From Escherichia coli (lineage in GTDB: Bacteria > Pseudomonadota > Gammaproteobacteria > Enterobacterales > Enterobacteriaceae), in assembly GCF_022493435.1 (NCBI RefSeq), contig NZ_CP028751.1: a stretch of 24,000 nucleotides of DNA, one strand, 5' to 3'. The notes under the pieces were generated by a model. That model saw only the letters and a program-made list of their open reading frames with translations, had not been told where the DNA came from and searched no databases. Made by a program: the position numbers and the translations under genes. Of this stretch, positions 9,318 to 18,854 are shown in pieces (within the stretch, counting starts at the first letter, position 1; each line of letters begins with the position of its first letter).

Positions 9318-9880
9318 TGTATAATGCTAATCCCAATTACGAAATGGACTTCATGATTCTGAAAGACGTGAATGAACACATGGAAGGTCTGTTTCAACGT
9401 TTTTCTAAACTGTTACCTTTCAGAATTGATTTTGCCTACAGGAAAGACACGCCCAGTTTTGGTCATTCCTGTAGGCACAGTATGTGTATTGAAATGCACC
9501 GCTTACTTAGTGAAACCCAAACGATGCTGGCGGGATATTACTGGGTAATGGAATATACGTCAAACAAGGGACTTCATATTCATTTTATCGGCTACCTGGA
9601 TGGGCAACGTCACAAGAAATCTTATCGGATATCCAGGCAACTGGGAGATATCTGGAGGCGGATCACGGAAGGGGAGGGGTATTTTCACCTGTGCAGGGCT
9701 AAAGACAAATACCCGGTGCGTATCGATCACGTGATTCACTATAGTGATAAGTCTGCGGTAGACGACTTACGTTACGCCCTTAGCTACCTGGCTAAACAGG
9801 ATCAGAAAGAACACGGTATTATTCTGGGCCGTAGCAGGCTTCCTGAAAAAAGTAACCGGGGCCGACCACGACATAACTGA
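9317..9880 (+). CDS. Inovirus Gp2 / YagK-YfjJ-like family protein
   Basis: 187-aa ORF with YYWVMEYTSNKGLHIHFIGYLDG, a motif typical of YfjJ/inovirus Gp2-like proteins, following a YfjI-like gene. Confidence 0.7.
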   Translation: MYNANPNYEMDFMILKDVNEHMEGLFQRFSKLLPFRIDFAYRKDTPSFGHSCRHSMCIEMHRLLSETQTMLAGYYWVMEYTSNKGLHIHFIGYLDGQRHKKSYRISRQLGDIWRRITEGEGYFHLCRAKDKYPVRIDHVIHYSDKSAVDDLRYALSYLAKQDQKEHGIILGRSRLPEKSNRGRPRHN

Positions 9881-10028
9881 ATTACAGCTGTATTAGGTAT
9901 TAGAATTAAGTTTCTGTAAGTTGTTGGGAGGTGCTTGAGTTAATAGGCAGCAGAGGGCGGCTTTGTCATCAGTGTAGGGGACCCGAATTTCTGCCGTGGT
10001 GCCTCAGTGGTTCGGATACAGGTAACGA

Positions 10029-11680
10029 TGTCAACGCCATGATGTTTGACTGTCTTGGGGATGCGGACGATTTCCTGGACTGCTTTATCATTCCAGCCCG
10101 CATTGTTGGCGGTACATTTTGGGGCTGACGGCACCCAGCGATAATTTTATACGCCGCTCGTTATACCATCTGATGTAAGCATCCACTTGCTGCATGAACT
10201 TTTCTGGCGTGATGCCCGACCATTTACGCCCATAATACATTTCCGTTTTCAGTCTGCCGAAAAAGCCTTCGCATGCGGCATTATCAGGTGAACATCCTTT
10301 ACGGGACATTGAGCGAATAAGACCTGCTGCATTCACTCTTTCCAGCCAGCCTGGCCAGCGATAATGCCACCTCTGTCACTGTGTATCACCGGTCGTTCGC
10401 CAGCATTTAACGTTTCGACAGCGCTATCCAGCATAGTGTTGATCAGTTCAGCATCGGGGCGTGTACTGAGAGACCAGCTCACAACTTTTCCATCGAAGCA
10501 GTCCACCACCGGTGATAGCCAGACTTTACCTGCAGGGAGCTGGAACTCCGTGATATCTGTCAGCCATTTCTGATTAGGTTGCTCCGCCTTAAAATCTCTG
10601 GCGATAAGGTTATCCGGAGCCGGTCCGATTTCTCCGCAATATGAGCTGTAGCGGCGACGACGGTTACGGCTGACGACAAGCTGTTCCTCCACCATAAGTC
10701 TGCGTACAACCTTTTCTGATAGCCGACCCCCCTCATGCCTGAGCATCGCATGCAGGCGACGATAGCCATAACACTGGTAATTACTGTTAAAGATATCTGT
10801 CAGCATCGTACGTATCGTGGCGTATTTATCACCGGCTTTCAGTGCAGCCCGGTGATAAAAATAACCGCTACGGGCAAGGCCCAGAACATGCAGTAATTCT
10901 GTCAGGGGATATGTTTGTCTCAGGGCATCAGCGATCTTTGTTTTTTCTCTGTTGTTCAGGTGACTGATACTGATGCCCGGGTCTTTTTTTATGATTTCCT
11001 CCGCCTTTTTCAGAATATCCAGCTCCATCTGCCGGCGGCGTATTTCCTGATTCAGTCGGGCGACTTCCTCCCGCAACGCATCGCGTTCTGCCTCCAGGGA
11101 AGGTTCGTTATGTTTACGCATAGTCTGGTAAGCACTGTTGCCGATAATTTCATCTTTCCATTTATACAATACCGCACGACTGACACCAATACGCCTGGCG
11201 ATTTCACTGGCTGATACTTGTCGTGTACAGAGTGCCATGACAGCCTGACGTTTGACTTCTGGTTCAAAGGGCACAACCGGGTTGGCCTTACTGGTAAATA
11301 TACGTCGTCTGTCGGGATAAAGTTCATTAACCCAGCGAGCGAGCACATCAGTGCAGGGATAACCCAGGGCTCTGCTGGTAAACGCCAGGCAGCAGCCGTG
11401 GTTAAGATAATGTTCAACGGCAACCTGTTTTTGCTCATCGGAGTAACGGTGCTTATGACGAATGGATTCTTTTGCGCCACCACCTGCTTCCCATGAGCGT
11501 CTCCAACGACGCAGATTTCTTTTCGAAGGGTAGCCCAGTTCGCGTACGACGGGAGCCAGCTTCTTACCATATTTGAAATAAAGCTCAATGGCGCGGATTT
11601 TTTCTTCTTCAGTAAACATGTTTTATCTCCTGAGAGTCCAGGAAATCGTCCGCATCCCCCTTATATCATTGGCGCTGACA
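10029..11680 (-). mobile_element. IS3-family insertion sequence (IS150-like organisation)
   Basis: Contains an IS3-family transposase; outer ends TGTCAACGCC.../...GGCGCTGACA; internal perfect inverted repeat GGGGATGCGGACGATTTCCTGGACT (left) versus AGTCCAGGAAATCGTCCGCATCCCC (right). Confidence 0.75.
10088..11619 (-). pseudogene. IS3-family transposase, frameshifted in the catalytic domain
   Basis: MFTEEEKIRAIELYFKYGKKLAPVVRELGYPSKRN...VIHSDRGG then shift; the expected HYRWPGWLERVNAAGLIRSMSRKGCSPDNAACEGFFGRLK continues in another frame (ORF 10088..10336). Confidence 0.85.
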
Positions 11681-11788
11681 GAGGTCACCGGAACATTACG
11701 TAACTCCCACTAGACAGTGGTAAACAACGGCACCAATAAGCTGGTTGCGACCTTACTCATTGATGCTCACTACCAAGAGGGGCATAAT

Positions 11789-14029
11789 CTAAAACCTATT
11801 TCGTTTAATCGACGTCTCAACCTGCTTAGCCATTTCAGCCAGTGGGCCTGCTTTCCTGATGTTTTCAATGCGTTCTCTGATCTGGTCTGGTTCCCCGAAA
11901 AAGTCAGCTAGGTCACTCAGTTTCAGGGCGGTGAAACGTCCTTCTGCAGAGCTGATTCCGTGATAACACAATTGTAACAGTAGTTTCAAAAAGGCTTCAT
12001 CATCCCGGATTTGTTCCTGAACCCAGGTCCTAACTGTTTCAACGCCACTGATATCACGCCATGTCCAGATATAACCGTTTAACTGAGGGAAACTGGCTAG
12101 TTGGTCGGTGATCACTTTCCCATTCAGACGATGTGCCAGAGTTTCACATAAGGAGTCGAGTTGAAAAGATGGTATCCACTTTTGCTGCTCATGTACTGCT
12201 CTGTCTCCAACTCTTCCGTGCTGCCACAGCAGATGACGCATATATTCTGCTATCCAGTACCAGGCCTGACCGTTTTTAAACTGTGTGGACAGGAAGTCGA
12301 AAGATTCTTGATCGCTTTCCTTTTGTATCTTATTGATGAGGCGGTCCGTCACGCTCCAGGTGTCTAGGTCATGTATAGAAAACCAGTCATTCTCGTCTTG
12401 GTAGCGTTGCAACATTTTATCTCCGGAATCAAAGAAGAACTGCGCCAGTCCACGGCATTGCTCTGGTGTCCTTGTTGCAATCTGTTGTGTGGTGAGCTGG
12501 GTCAGAATGTGTTCAAACCAGGTTCGGGAGGACAACCCCTTACTCTGGATATACCCGAGTAGACGTTCTGCAAGCCTATGTTGTTGTTCAGGATATCCGG
12601 CGATGTCGAATATCTCATTGAGCATTTCAGGTGAAAGTACATTCTGTGGGGCGGAAAAAGCGAAATAATAGAGCCAGTATGCTTGGCTGCCCAGACGTTT
12701 GCCAGCAGTCAGCAGGGCACTATCCTGTTCGGGAGTCGGTACAAAGAGTTTGATGGGCGAGTCAGTTTTCCAGCCGGTGATACCCGGGACCCAGCGAGCA
12801 AGGGCATGCACCGCATGGGCTTCGGCAGGGAAATAACGGGCAAGGTGCGACTTTAGGCTCTCCGCCATCTCTGCCTGCTCTAACTCACTTACATGCCCGT
12901 CACCGGCGGCTACGACCGCTCGTTCTGACAGATATTCTTCTACCCAGTCATAAAGACCCGCATTTGTTGTGCGCAGCAGTTGAAGGAAGCACAGATCCGG
13001 GAAATACACGTAATCCCGCATGCCCGGGTATAGGAAGGTCAGGGCATTCAGTACCATCTGAACCTCCCTGGGGGTTTTTAATGCTGCCCCGTAGACGTCA
13101 GCCACTTGTGTCAATTGCTCTAGTACAATACGGTCTGGAGCATGCCCGTTTACTTTTCTGTATAACGCGGCAGCGGCATCCCTAAATTTTCTGCGCAAGA
13201 CAAAGGTTTCTGGGCGCGGTAAACAGAATGATATCTGAACAATTTTCTGCAGGTATAGGTTGCCGTCGGGTACCCCCAGCCCTAGGCTGATGGCCTGGGA
13301 TAGGATGGCTTTGTCATAACAGAGAAGGTAGCGAAAGCGAGGAAAGTCACCTACAGATTTAACTAGCCTTATCACCTCAACTGCCTGTGCTGGCTCGAGA
13401 CGATCCAGATCATCAAGCAGTACAATAAAGCTAAGATCCAGTTCATCTATTTTCTTCGCAATTTCGGTCCGCATCTCTGCTGTGGTTTTCTCCTTTTCCT
13501 TCAGCCAACGAGTTTCTGACAGGGCTTTCAACGCGCCACTGGCATCAGGTACGCCGGGAATAACGGCGGCGGCTGAGGCGACGGTTGCGAGATTGCGGGC
13601 AGTTGCCCGGGTGTAGTCTATCATCGTCTTGGCCGTCCGTGTCAGGGATTTTCGTCGTCTGAGAGCTGCCCTTTCCTCAGGCGCTAGTCGCTGTTCCTCT
13701 TCAGCAGCAATGATGTTGGCGACAGGAAGCAGTAACGATGCCACCAGACTTGTGTTGCTCCCGTCGAGCCAGGGGGATATTGTCAATACAAAAGTACATT
13801 CTTCTATTTGTTCGACGAGAGCATTGCGCAGCAGGTTAAGGAGACTCGTTTTCCCTGATCCCCATGGGCCTTCGATACCGATCACTGCGCTACCCTCGCG
13901 GCCAATACCCTTAACGGCAACAGCTAACTGGGTAGCTATGTGGATGAAACCATACTGGTCTTCATCGGCGGAACAGATTGCGCGATCTGGATGTTGGCCC
14001 TGAAGGTTGTCTGCGTGTGGTTGATTCAT
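11789..14029 (-). CDS. KAP-family P-loop NTPase
   Basis: MNQPHADNLQGQHPDRAICSADEDQYGF..., Walker A GIEGPWGSGKTSLLNLL, Walker B-like FIVLLDDLDRL, typical of KAP NTPases; start placed at internal ATG (14029). Confidence 0.8.
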   Translation of the reverse strand: MNQPHADNLQGQHPDRAICSADEDQYGFIHIATQLAVAVKGIGREGSAVIGIEGPWGSGKTSLLNLLRNALVEQIEECTFVLTISPWLDGSNTSLVASLLLPVANIIAAEEEQRLAPEERAALRRRKSLTRTAKTMIDYTRATARNLATVASAAAVIPGVPDASGALKALSETRWLKEKEKTTAEMRTEIAKKIDELDLSFIVLLDDLDRLEPAQAVEVIRLVKSVGDFPRFRYLLCYDKAILSQAISLGLGVPDGNLYLQKIVQISFCLPRPETFVLRRKFRDAAAALYRKVNGHAPDRIVLEQLTQVADVYGAALKTPREVQMVLNALTFLYPGMRDYVYFPDLCFLQLLRTTNAGLYDWVEEYLSERAVVAAGDGHVSELEQAEMAESLKSHLARYFPAEAHAVHALARWVPGITGWKTDSPIKLFVPTPEQDSALLTAGKRLGSQAYWLYYFAFSAPQNVLSPEMLNEIFDIAGYPEQQHRLAERLLGYIQSKGLSSRTWFEHILTQLTTQQIATRTPEQCRGLAQFFFDSGDKMLQRYQDENDWFSIHDLDTWSVTDRLINKIQKESDQESFDFLSTQFKNGQAWYWIAEYMRHLLWQHGRVGDRAVHEQQKWIPSFQLDSLCETLAHRLNGKVITDQLASFPQLNGYIWTWRDISGVETVRTWVQEQIRDDEAFLKLLLQLCYHGISSAEGRFTALKLSDLADFFGEPDQIRERIENIRKAGPLAEMAKQVETSIKRNRF

Positions 14030-14401
14030 ATTCACAAATCTCCGTAAATGCAGCCGATGCTGCGCAGTGTCTGTGACGTGGTACTGTTTCCACGCAAGGC
14101 CAGCAAAAGACTGACCTGCGGTTAGTTTTCGTTTAGGTAAGTGCTTTTGCGGATGGCTCAGTAACGTATCACAATAAATAATGCCATAGTGTATGAGGGG
14201 AAAGTACATACATCTTGTTCCCTCTTCGAAAGTGACAGCCCGGGATAAAGAGGTTACAACGATAAGGGTCTCCCGCCGAAATGATGAATGCTTATGGCTG
14301 GGGAAAGCTAAGAGTATGCTGGACGCTTAGAAAACTGCTAAAACTGTGAACCTTGATAAGTTTGTCCCCGCGCCAGATTACTTCCTTTCGAGGTTGCAGT
14401 A

Positions 14402-15181
14402 TTATCGGTGAAATTGTGGTACCCGAGAGTAGCTCATTCGTTCAAGCGCATCGCCAATATTTTTTAGCAGGTGCCATCGATCGATCACCTGTCTGGCCTG
14501 AGGTGCACCTTCACGTGCTGCTGTCGCATAGACTCCACTGCGATCACGCGAGACAACCTGTATTTCCGGATATTTTCTGAACCAGGTCGCCAGCGTACGC
14601 TGATCACGGCCGGGAAGCAGGACGAGGGGACGGTGAGTATCAAGATTGACGATTAACGTACTGTAATGGTGGCCCCGATGCCACGCCCACTCATCAATAC
14701 CGACATGAGGCGCGCCTGACTGTTTCGTCTCCGGGGTATTGATAACCCTGCGAAGAAGAGTATCAGCACTGCAACGGAGACCCACTGCCGTTGCAGCCCG
14801 TTTCCCGGCCTCACCTCCGGCTATTAATCCCAGTTGACGTTGTAAATTTTGTAACGCCTGTGAAGACTGCTGGTGTGAACCGGCGAAGGGAGCAAGCGAC
14901 TCGGCAAAAAATTTACGTGAACAAGCCGGGTTACGGCAGTACCAGTGGCGGACGGAAAATACAAGCCATAGCGTATGCCCTTAGCAGGGTAGATGCTGTA
15001 TCCGGCGCCGACGACAACTATGAACAGAGTCGCTACGCTTAAAGCATTCAGGACATTGTGCAGTTTTTCGTTTTCCGTGGAGATGGAGGGTTATACCGTC
15101 AGAGCTAATAATTTGTCGACTGCATCGCCATCCGCAAGGTAACTGTAGAAGTGTCTTAAGAGAGTGCATTGAGTTGCCCAA
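14402..15181 (-). pseudogene. Degraded ISL3-family transposase
   Basis: Fragments MGNSMHSLKTLLQLPCGWRC...CPECFKRSDSVHSCRRRRIQHLPC (zinc-finger N-terminus) and VGIDEWAWHRGHHYSTLIVNLDTHRPLVLLPGRD...VVSRDRSGVYATAAREGAPQARQVIDRWHLLKN (core) in separate frames. Confidence 0.85.
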
Positions 15182-15210
15182 AACTTAAAACAGCTTAGAT
15201 CTTTGTTCAC

Positions 15211-15480
15211 CAGAAAGTTTCATCCATTTTCTTCCAGTCAGGTTGCGGAAGAACCACTTTTGCACCGTTCGTGATATTAAGCTTTAAAACGGCAAGGTCA
15301 ATACCCAGTTGTTCCGCCACTATTGTGATAACAGCCTTCGGGGGGAGCTTTTCTGTACGCAGTGTGCGACCGAGAGCACGGACAAGTGCAAGCTGAATGG
15401 CAAAACCAAGACGGTTATGAGACCGCCGCTGAGCTCTGGCAAATGCAATATTTTCGCAGGAGAGTGCTCATCGGGGAATT
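15211..15480 (-). pseudogene. Tn3-family transposase N-terminal remnant (DUF4158-like)
   Basis: Manual minus-strand translation gives RAQRRSHNRLGFAIQLALVRALGRTLRTEKL and, after a frameshift, PPKAVITIVAEQLGIDLAVL, characteristic of Tn3-type TnpA N-termini. Confidence 0.7.
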
Positions 15481-15661
15481 AAAGTTCAGGTAATCCAAAA
15501 AGCGTATCGTGCGAGTTTGTCACGCAAGAAATCACAGATTTATAGATTCAATTTTCTTCAACTGTAGGACCTTACGGAAAACAAGTGATTTCAAGGTGAA
15601 AAGGCTTAACGTGAGTTATCGCAGAAATGGTTACGGAACATCCTGTATTGTCAAACATGCA

Positions 15662-15680
15662 TTAAATGATTATCATTATC
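15662..15680. promoter_or_regulatory. Putative Fur box
   Basis: TTAAATGATTATCATTATC matches GATAATGATAATCATTATC at 15/19 positions; ~50 bp upstream of the DAHP synthase start. Confidence 0.65.
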
Positions 15681-15729
15681 AATTAGTGTGTGCAACAGAT
15701 GGTTAAGAATAGAACTTTCAGGAGATACA

Positions 15730-16764
15730 ATGCAGTCAGTCAGTAAATCAATCTACCGAGGGAAGTTGCTTGGCAGTTTACCTGCTGTGGGCGAGATTCA
15801 TAAAGAAATCGCAGTATCAGAAGAAACCGTAACATGGATCTCTCTGCAACGAGAGATTATAGCGAATATTTTGCTGGGAAAAGATCCTCGCTTGCTTGTG
15901 ATTGTTGGTCCATGCTCAATCCATGACGTTCAGGCTGCCGTTGAATATGCGAAACGATTGTCCGTATTACAGAATAAGTACTTATCGCAAATGTACATTG
16001 TAATGCGCACTTATTTTGAGAAACCTCGAACTCGTAAAGGCTGGAAAGGAATAATGCACGAGCCTGATCTAAATGGAAGCTATAATGTTGAGAAAGGGAT
16101 ACGATATGCTCGCCAGTGTTTGTCCTCAATCACAACAATGCGTGTCGCAACCGCTACAGAATTCCTCGATCCTTTCCTTACTCCCTATATTGCTGATTTA
16201 ATATGTTGGGGGGCTGTTGGTGCCAGAACTACTGAATCACAAACGCATCGTCAACTTGCATCTGGTTTACATTGTCCTGTTGGATTTAAAAACAGCACTG
16301 ATGGAAATATTAACTTAGCTATTGATGCTATTCTTGCAGCCCGTGAACAACATGTTGTATATATGACATCTTTAACAAAATGTATATCTACCCTATTAAC
16401 CGATGGCAATCCACATGGACATCTCATATTACGTGGTGGTAGAGAGCCGAACTATGGTTTGTCGGATATAACGAAGGCAGTGAAATTAATGCATGATGAA
16501 GGTATCAATCATCGTCTGATAATTGACTGTAGCCATGGTAATAGTGGTAAAGTGGCTGAACGGCAAATCTCTGTTGCTCGTGAAGTCATTGATAATCGGA
16601 AAAAGATGCCGGGATATGTAGCTGGAATTATGCTGGAAAGCTTTTTACAAGGTGGAAAACAATCAGACAGCCTTCCGCGAGAGTATGGTCAGTCTGTTAC
16701 TGATGAGTGTCTTTCATGGCAACAGACAGAACAATTATTATCAACTCTGGCAGCACAACTTTAA
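15730..16764 (+). CDS. 3-deoxy-7-phosphoheptulonate (DAHP) synthase, AroF/AroG class, island-borne paralogue
   Basis: LLVIVGPCSIHDVQAAVEYAKRL, MRTYFEKPRTRKGWKG, GAVGARTTESQTHRQLASGLHCPVGFKNSTDG, HLILRGGREPNYG, VMLES-like GIMLESFLQGG: AroFGH hallmarks. Confidence 0.92.
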   Translation: MQSVSKSIYRGKLLGSLPAVGEIHKEIAVSEETVTWISLQREIIANILLGKDPRLLVIVGPCSIHDVQAAVEYAKRLSVLQNKYLSQMYIVMRTYFEKPRTRKGWKGIMHEPDLNGSYNVEKGIRYARQCLSSITTMRVATATEFLDPFLTPYIADLICWGAVGARTTESQTHRQLASGLHCPVGFKNSTDGNINLAIDAILAAREQHVVYMTSLTKCISTLLTDGNPHGHLILRGGREPNYGLSDITKAVKLMHDEGINHRLIIDCSHGNSGKVAERQISVAREVIDNRKKMPGYVAGIMLESFLQGGKQSDSLPREYGQSVTDECLSWQQTEQLLSTLAAQL

Positions 16765-16893
16765 TTTCAACTATTCAGTATCATTTTTTAAGGGAAAAAT
16801 GAAATTATTTATCTTAATACACCCAATCTGGGCATCAAAGAAACAGATGTTTTATCTGTACAGTTCATTGTTGGAAGGGAAATAAAATATGAC

Positions 16894-17073
16894 ATGAATG
16901 GCAGAAGTGTTATCACTCTGACATTAATATTTTTATTAGGAGTTGCAGTATTTCTAATATACCATCTCCAATGGATGTATCTTCCAGGGTATTATCTGTG
17001 GGGCCTATGTGTATGTATATTGTCAAACCAGTTAGCTCTTATGCTTCATTCCCTAGCCCTTCTTGGCAAATGA
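16894..17073 (+). CDS. Small membrane protein, 59 aa; unlisted in ORF track
   Basis: ATG..TGA frame encodes MNGRSVITLTLIFLLGVAVFLIYHLQWMYLPGYYLWGLCVCILSNQLALMLHSLALLGK; strongly hydrophobic; GGAAGG upstream. Confidence 0.45.
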   Translation: MNGRSVITLTLIFLLGVAVFLIYHLQWMYLPGYYLWGLCVCILSNQLALMLHSLALLGK

Positions 17074-17285
17074 TACTGTACTTGCGTAGGTGTCATCTGT
17101 GACATGGTTGCGGTGCTATTTTGTCTCTGTTGGCTTAAAAAGAGTAATTAAGACTATGATAAAAAGTTAATTTCCAAAGAACACGGTAGGGCGCTAATCA
17201 ATAATCGGATGCATGCTAAATCATATTTTATAATATGTCTGTGGAGATGATGCTAAAGTCATCAATAGTTCTTGAGGAATTCATT

Positions 17286-17366
17286 ATGACTATCATTGGT
17301 ATCGTTCTTGCCAGAAACGTCTTCGCTGTTCACAATGTTGCGTTAAATGAGAAAATGTTCTGGTAA
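17286..17366 (+). pseudogene. IS110-family transposase N-terminal remnant
   Basis: MTIIGIVLARNVFAVHNVALNEKMFW* resembles the IS110-family start (GIDLAKNVFxVHGV...). Confidence 0.55.
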
Positions 17367-17640
17367 ACCCCCGGAGAGCACATGCAGTGCTGCCAGCCCT
17401 GATTGTACTTTTACCTCCCTGAGTTATGGGTACCTTGCTAAGGGAGTATTCACCAGTGAACAACATAATACAAAGTAGCGTAAACCTTTTGTTCAAGGTC
17501 AGTCAGGGTATCTCATCGGAATGGTGTGCAATTTAACATCGCTGCCCAGCATGAGTTGATAGGCGTGACCGTGATCCGTACCGTGGGATGTGAGTTTCAT
17601 ACAGGTAATATGATCCTACCCACGTAATGTGGACACGGCC

Positions 17641-18495
17641 CTAAGCGAGATTATGGTTTTCAAATTGTTCCGGGCTGAGACCGCCACAGGCACTGTGACG
17701 ACGCCAGCGATTGTAATCACACTCGATATAATTAAACACCGTTGCCCGCATTATTTCCCGGCTGCTAAAGCGTTCCCCGTGGATACATTCCACCTTCAGC
17801 GAATGAAAGAAGCTTTCCACACAGGCATTGTCATAACAGTAACCTTTCGCACTCATACTGCCACGCAGGTTGTGTCGCTTCAGCAGCGCCTGATAATCCC
17901 CTGAACAGTATTGACCACCACGGTCCGTATGAACAATGACGCTTTCCGGGCGTCTTCTCCGCCACAACGCCATTTGCAGTGCATCACAGGCCAGTTGTGC
18001 TGTCATTCGCGGTGACATCGACCAGCCAATGACGGCGCGTGACCACAGGTCGATGACTACTGCGAGATACAACCAGCCCTCATCGGTACGCAAGTACGTG
18101 ATGTCACCCGCCCACTTCTGGTTCGGGCCGCTGGCGCTGAAGTCCTGCTCCAGCAGATTCTCCAATACGGGCAGGCCATGTGCACGGTAGCTGACCGGGC
18201 TGAACTTCCGGCTGGCTTTCGCCCGCAGCCCCTGACGACGCAGGCTGGCAGCAATGGTTTTAATATTGAACTCCGGCATTTCGTCAGCAAGGCGGGGAGC
18301 ACCGTATCGCTGCTTTGCCTCAAAGAATGCCTTATGGACAGCGGCATCGCAGGTGAGCCGAAACTGTTGGCGCAGGCTCATCTGGTGACGACGCCTGAGC
18401 CAGACATACCAGCCGCTGCGGGCAACCCGAAGTACACGACACATCGCTTTGATGCTGAACTCTGCCCGATGATTTTCGATGAAGACATACTTCAT
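17641..18495 (-). CDS. IS3-group transposase OrfB (InsF-like)
   Basis: [32 protein letters not shown]...[16 protein letters not shown]...[16 protein letters not shown]...[11 protein letters not shown]. Confidence 0.9.
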   Translation of the reverse strand: MKYVFIENHRAEFSIKAMCRVLRVARSGWYVWLRRRHQMSLRQQFRLTCDAAVHKAFFEAKQRYGAPRLADEMPEFNIKTIAASLRRQGLRAKASRKFSPVSYRAHGLPVLENLLEQDFSASGPNQKWAGDITYLRTDEGWLYLAVVIDLWSRAVIGWSMSPRMTAQLACDALQMALWRRRRPESVIVHTDRGGQYCSGDYQALLKRHNLRGSMSAKGYCYDNACVESFFHSLKVECIHGERFSSREIMRATVFNYIECDYNRWRRHSACGGLSPEQFENHNLA

Positions 18496-18791
18496 TTCAG
18501 GCGCTTCGCGAAGTATGTCGCGGCCTTTTGGAGGATGGCCAGTTCCTCAGCCTGCTCCGCCAGTTGTCGTTTAAGGCGGACATTTTCAGCGGCCAGTTCG
18601 CTTTCGCGCTCTGACGAACTCATTTGTTGCTGCTGTTTACTGCACCAGGCATAAAGCTGAGATTCATACAGGCTGAGTTCACGGGCTGCGGCGGCCACAC
18701 CGATGCGTTCAGCGAGTTTCAGGGCTTCGTTACGAAATTCAGGCGTATGTTGTTTACGGGGCTTCTTGCTGATTGATACTGGTTTTGTCAT
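18492..18791 (-). CDS. IS3-group transposase OrfA (InsE-like)
   Basis: [49 protein letters not shown]..., overlapping OrfB start. Confidence 0.9.
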   Translation of the reverse strand: MTKPVSISKKPRKQHTPEFRNEALKLAERIGVAAAARELSLYESQLYAWCSKQQQQMSSSERESELAAENVRLKRQLAEQAEELAILQKAATYFAKRLK

Positions 18792-18854
18792 GAGTCACCT
18801 CTGGTTGAGAGTTTACTCACTTAGTCCTGTGTCCACTATTGGTGGGTAAGATCA

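Larger units (their letters stand above)
17611..18854 (-). mobile_element. IS3-like element (IS3 group)
   Basis: Terminal repeats TGATCCTACCCACGTAATGTGGACACGGCCCTAAG (left) and, reverse complemented, TGATCTTACCCACCAATAGTGGACACAGGACTAAG (right) flank insE/insF-like ORFs. Confidence 0.9.

Noticed and set aside
9087-9356. 89-aa ORF at the end of the structured tract
   Set aside because: Overlaps the Gp2-like gene start, has low-complexity amino acid content and no recognisable family; more likely chance ORF.
11717-11911. 64-aa plus-strand ORF between the IS and the KAP gene
   Set aside because: Its 3' half is antisense to the KAP gene and the rest has no recognised homology; probably not a gene.
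13629-14003. 124-aa plus-strand ORF opposite the KAP NTPase
   Set aside because: Antisense to a conserved P-loop coding region; R/S-rich shadow composition.
15509-15706. 65-aa ORF upstream of the DAHP synthase
   Set aside because: Contains the Fur-box-like promoter region and has no recognisable protein features; probably noncoding.
17293-17496. 67-aa minus-strand ORF before the IS3-like element
   Set aside because: Overlaps the IS110-like remnant on the opposite strand and has no plausible homology; treated as chance.
18178-18654. 158-aa plus-strand ORF opposite the IS3 transposase genes
   Set aside because: Antisense to insE/insF-like genes; composition typical of a shadow ORF.
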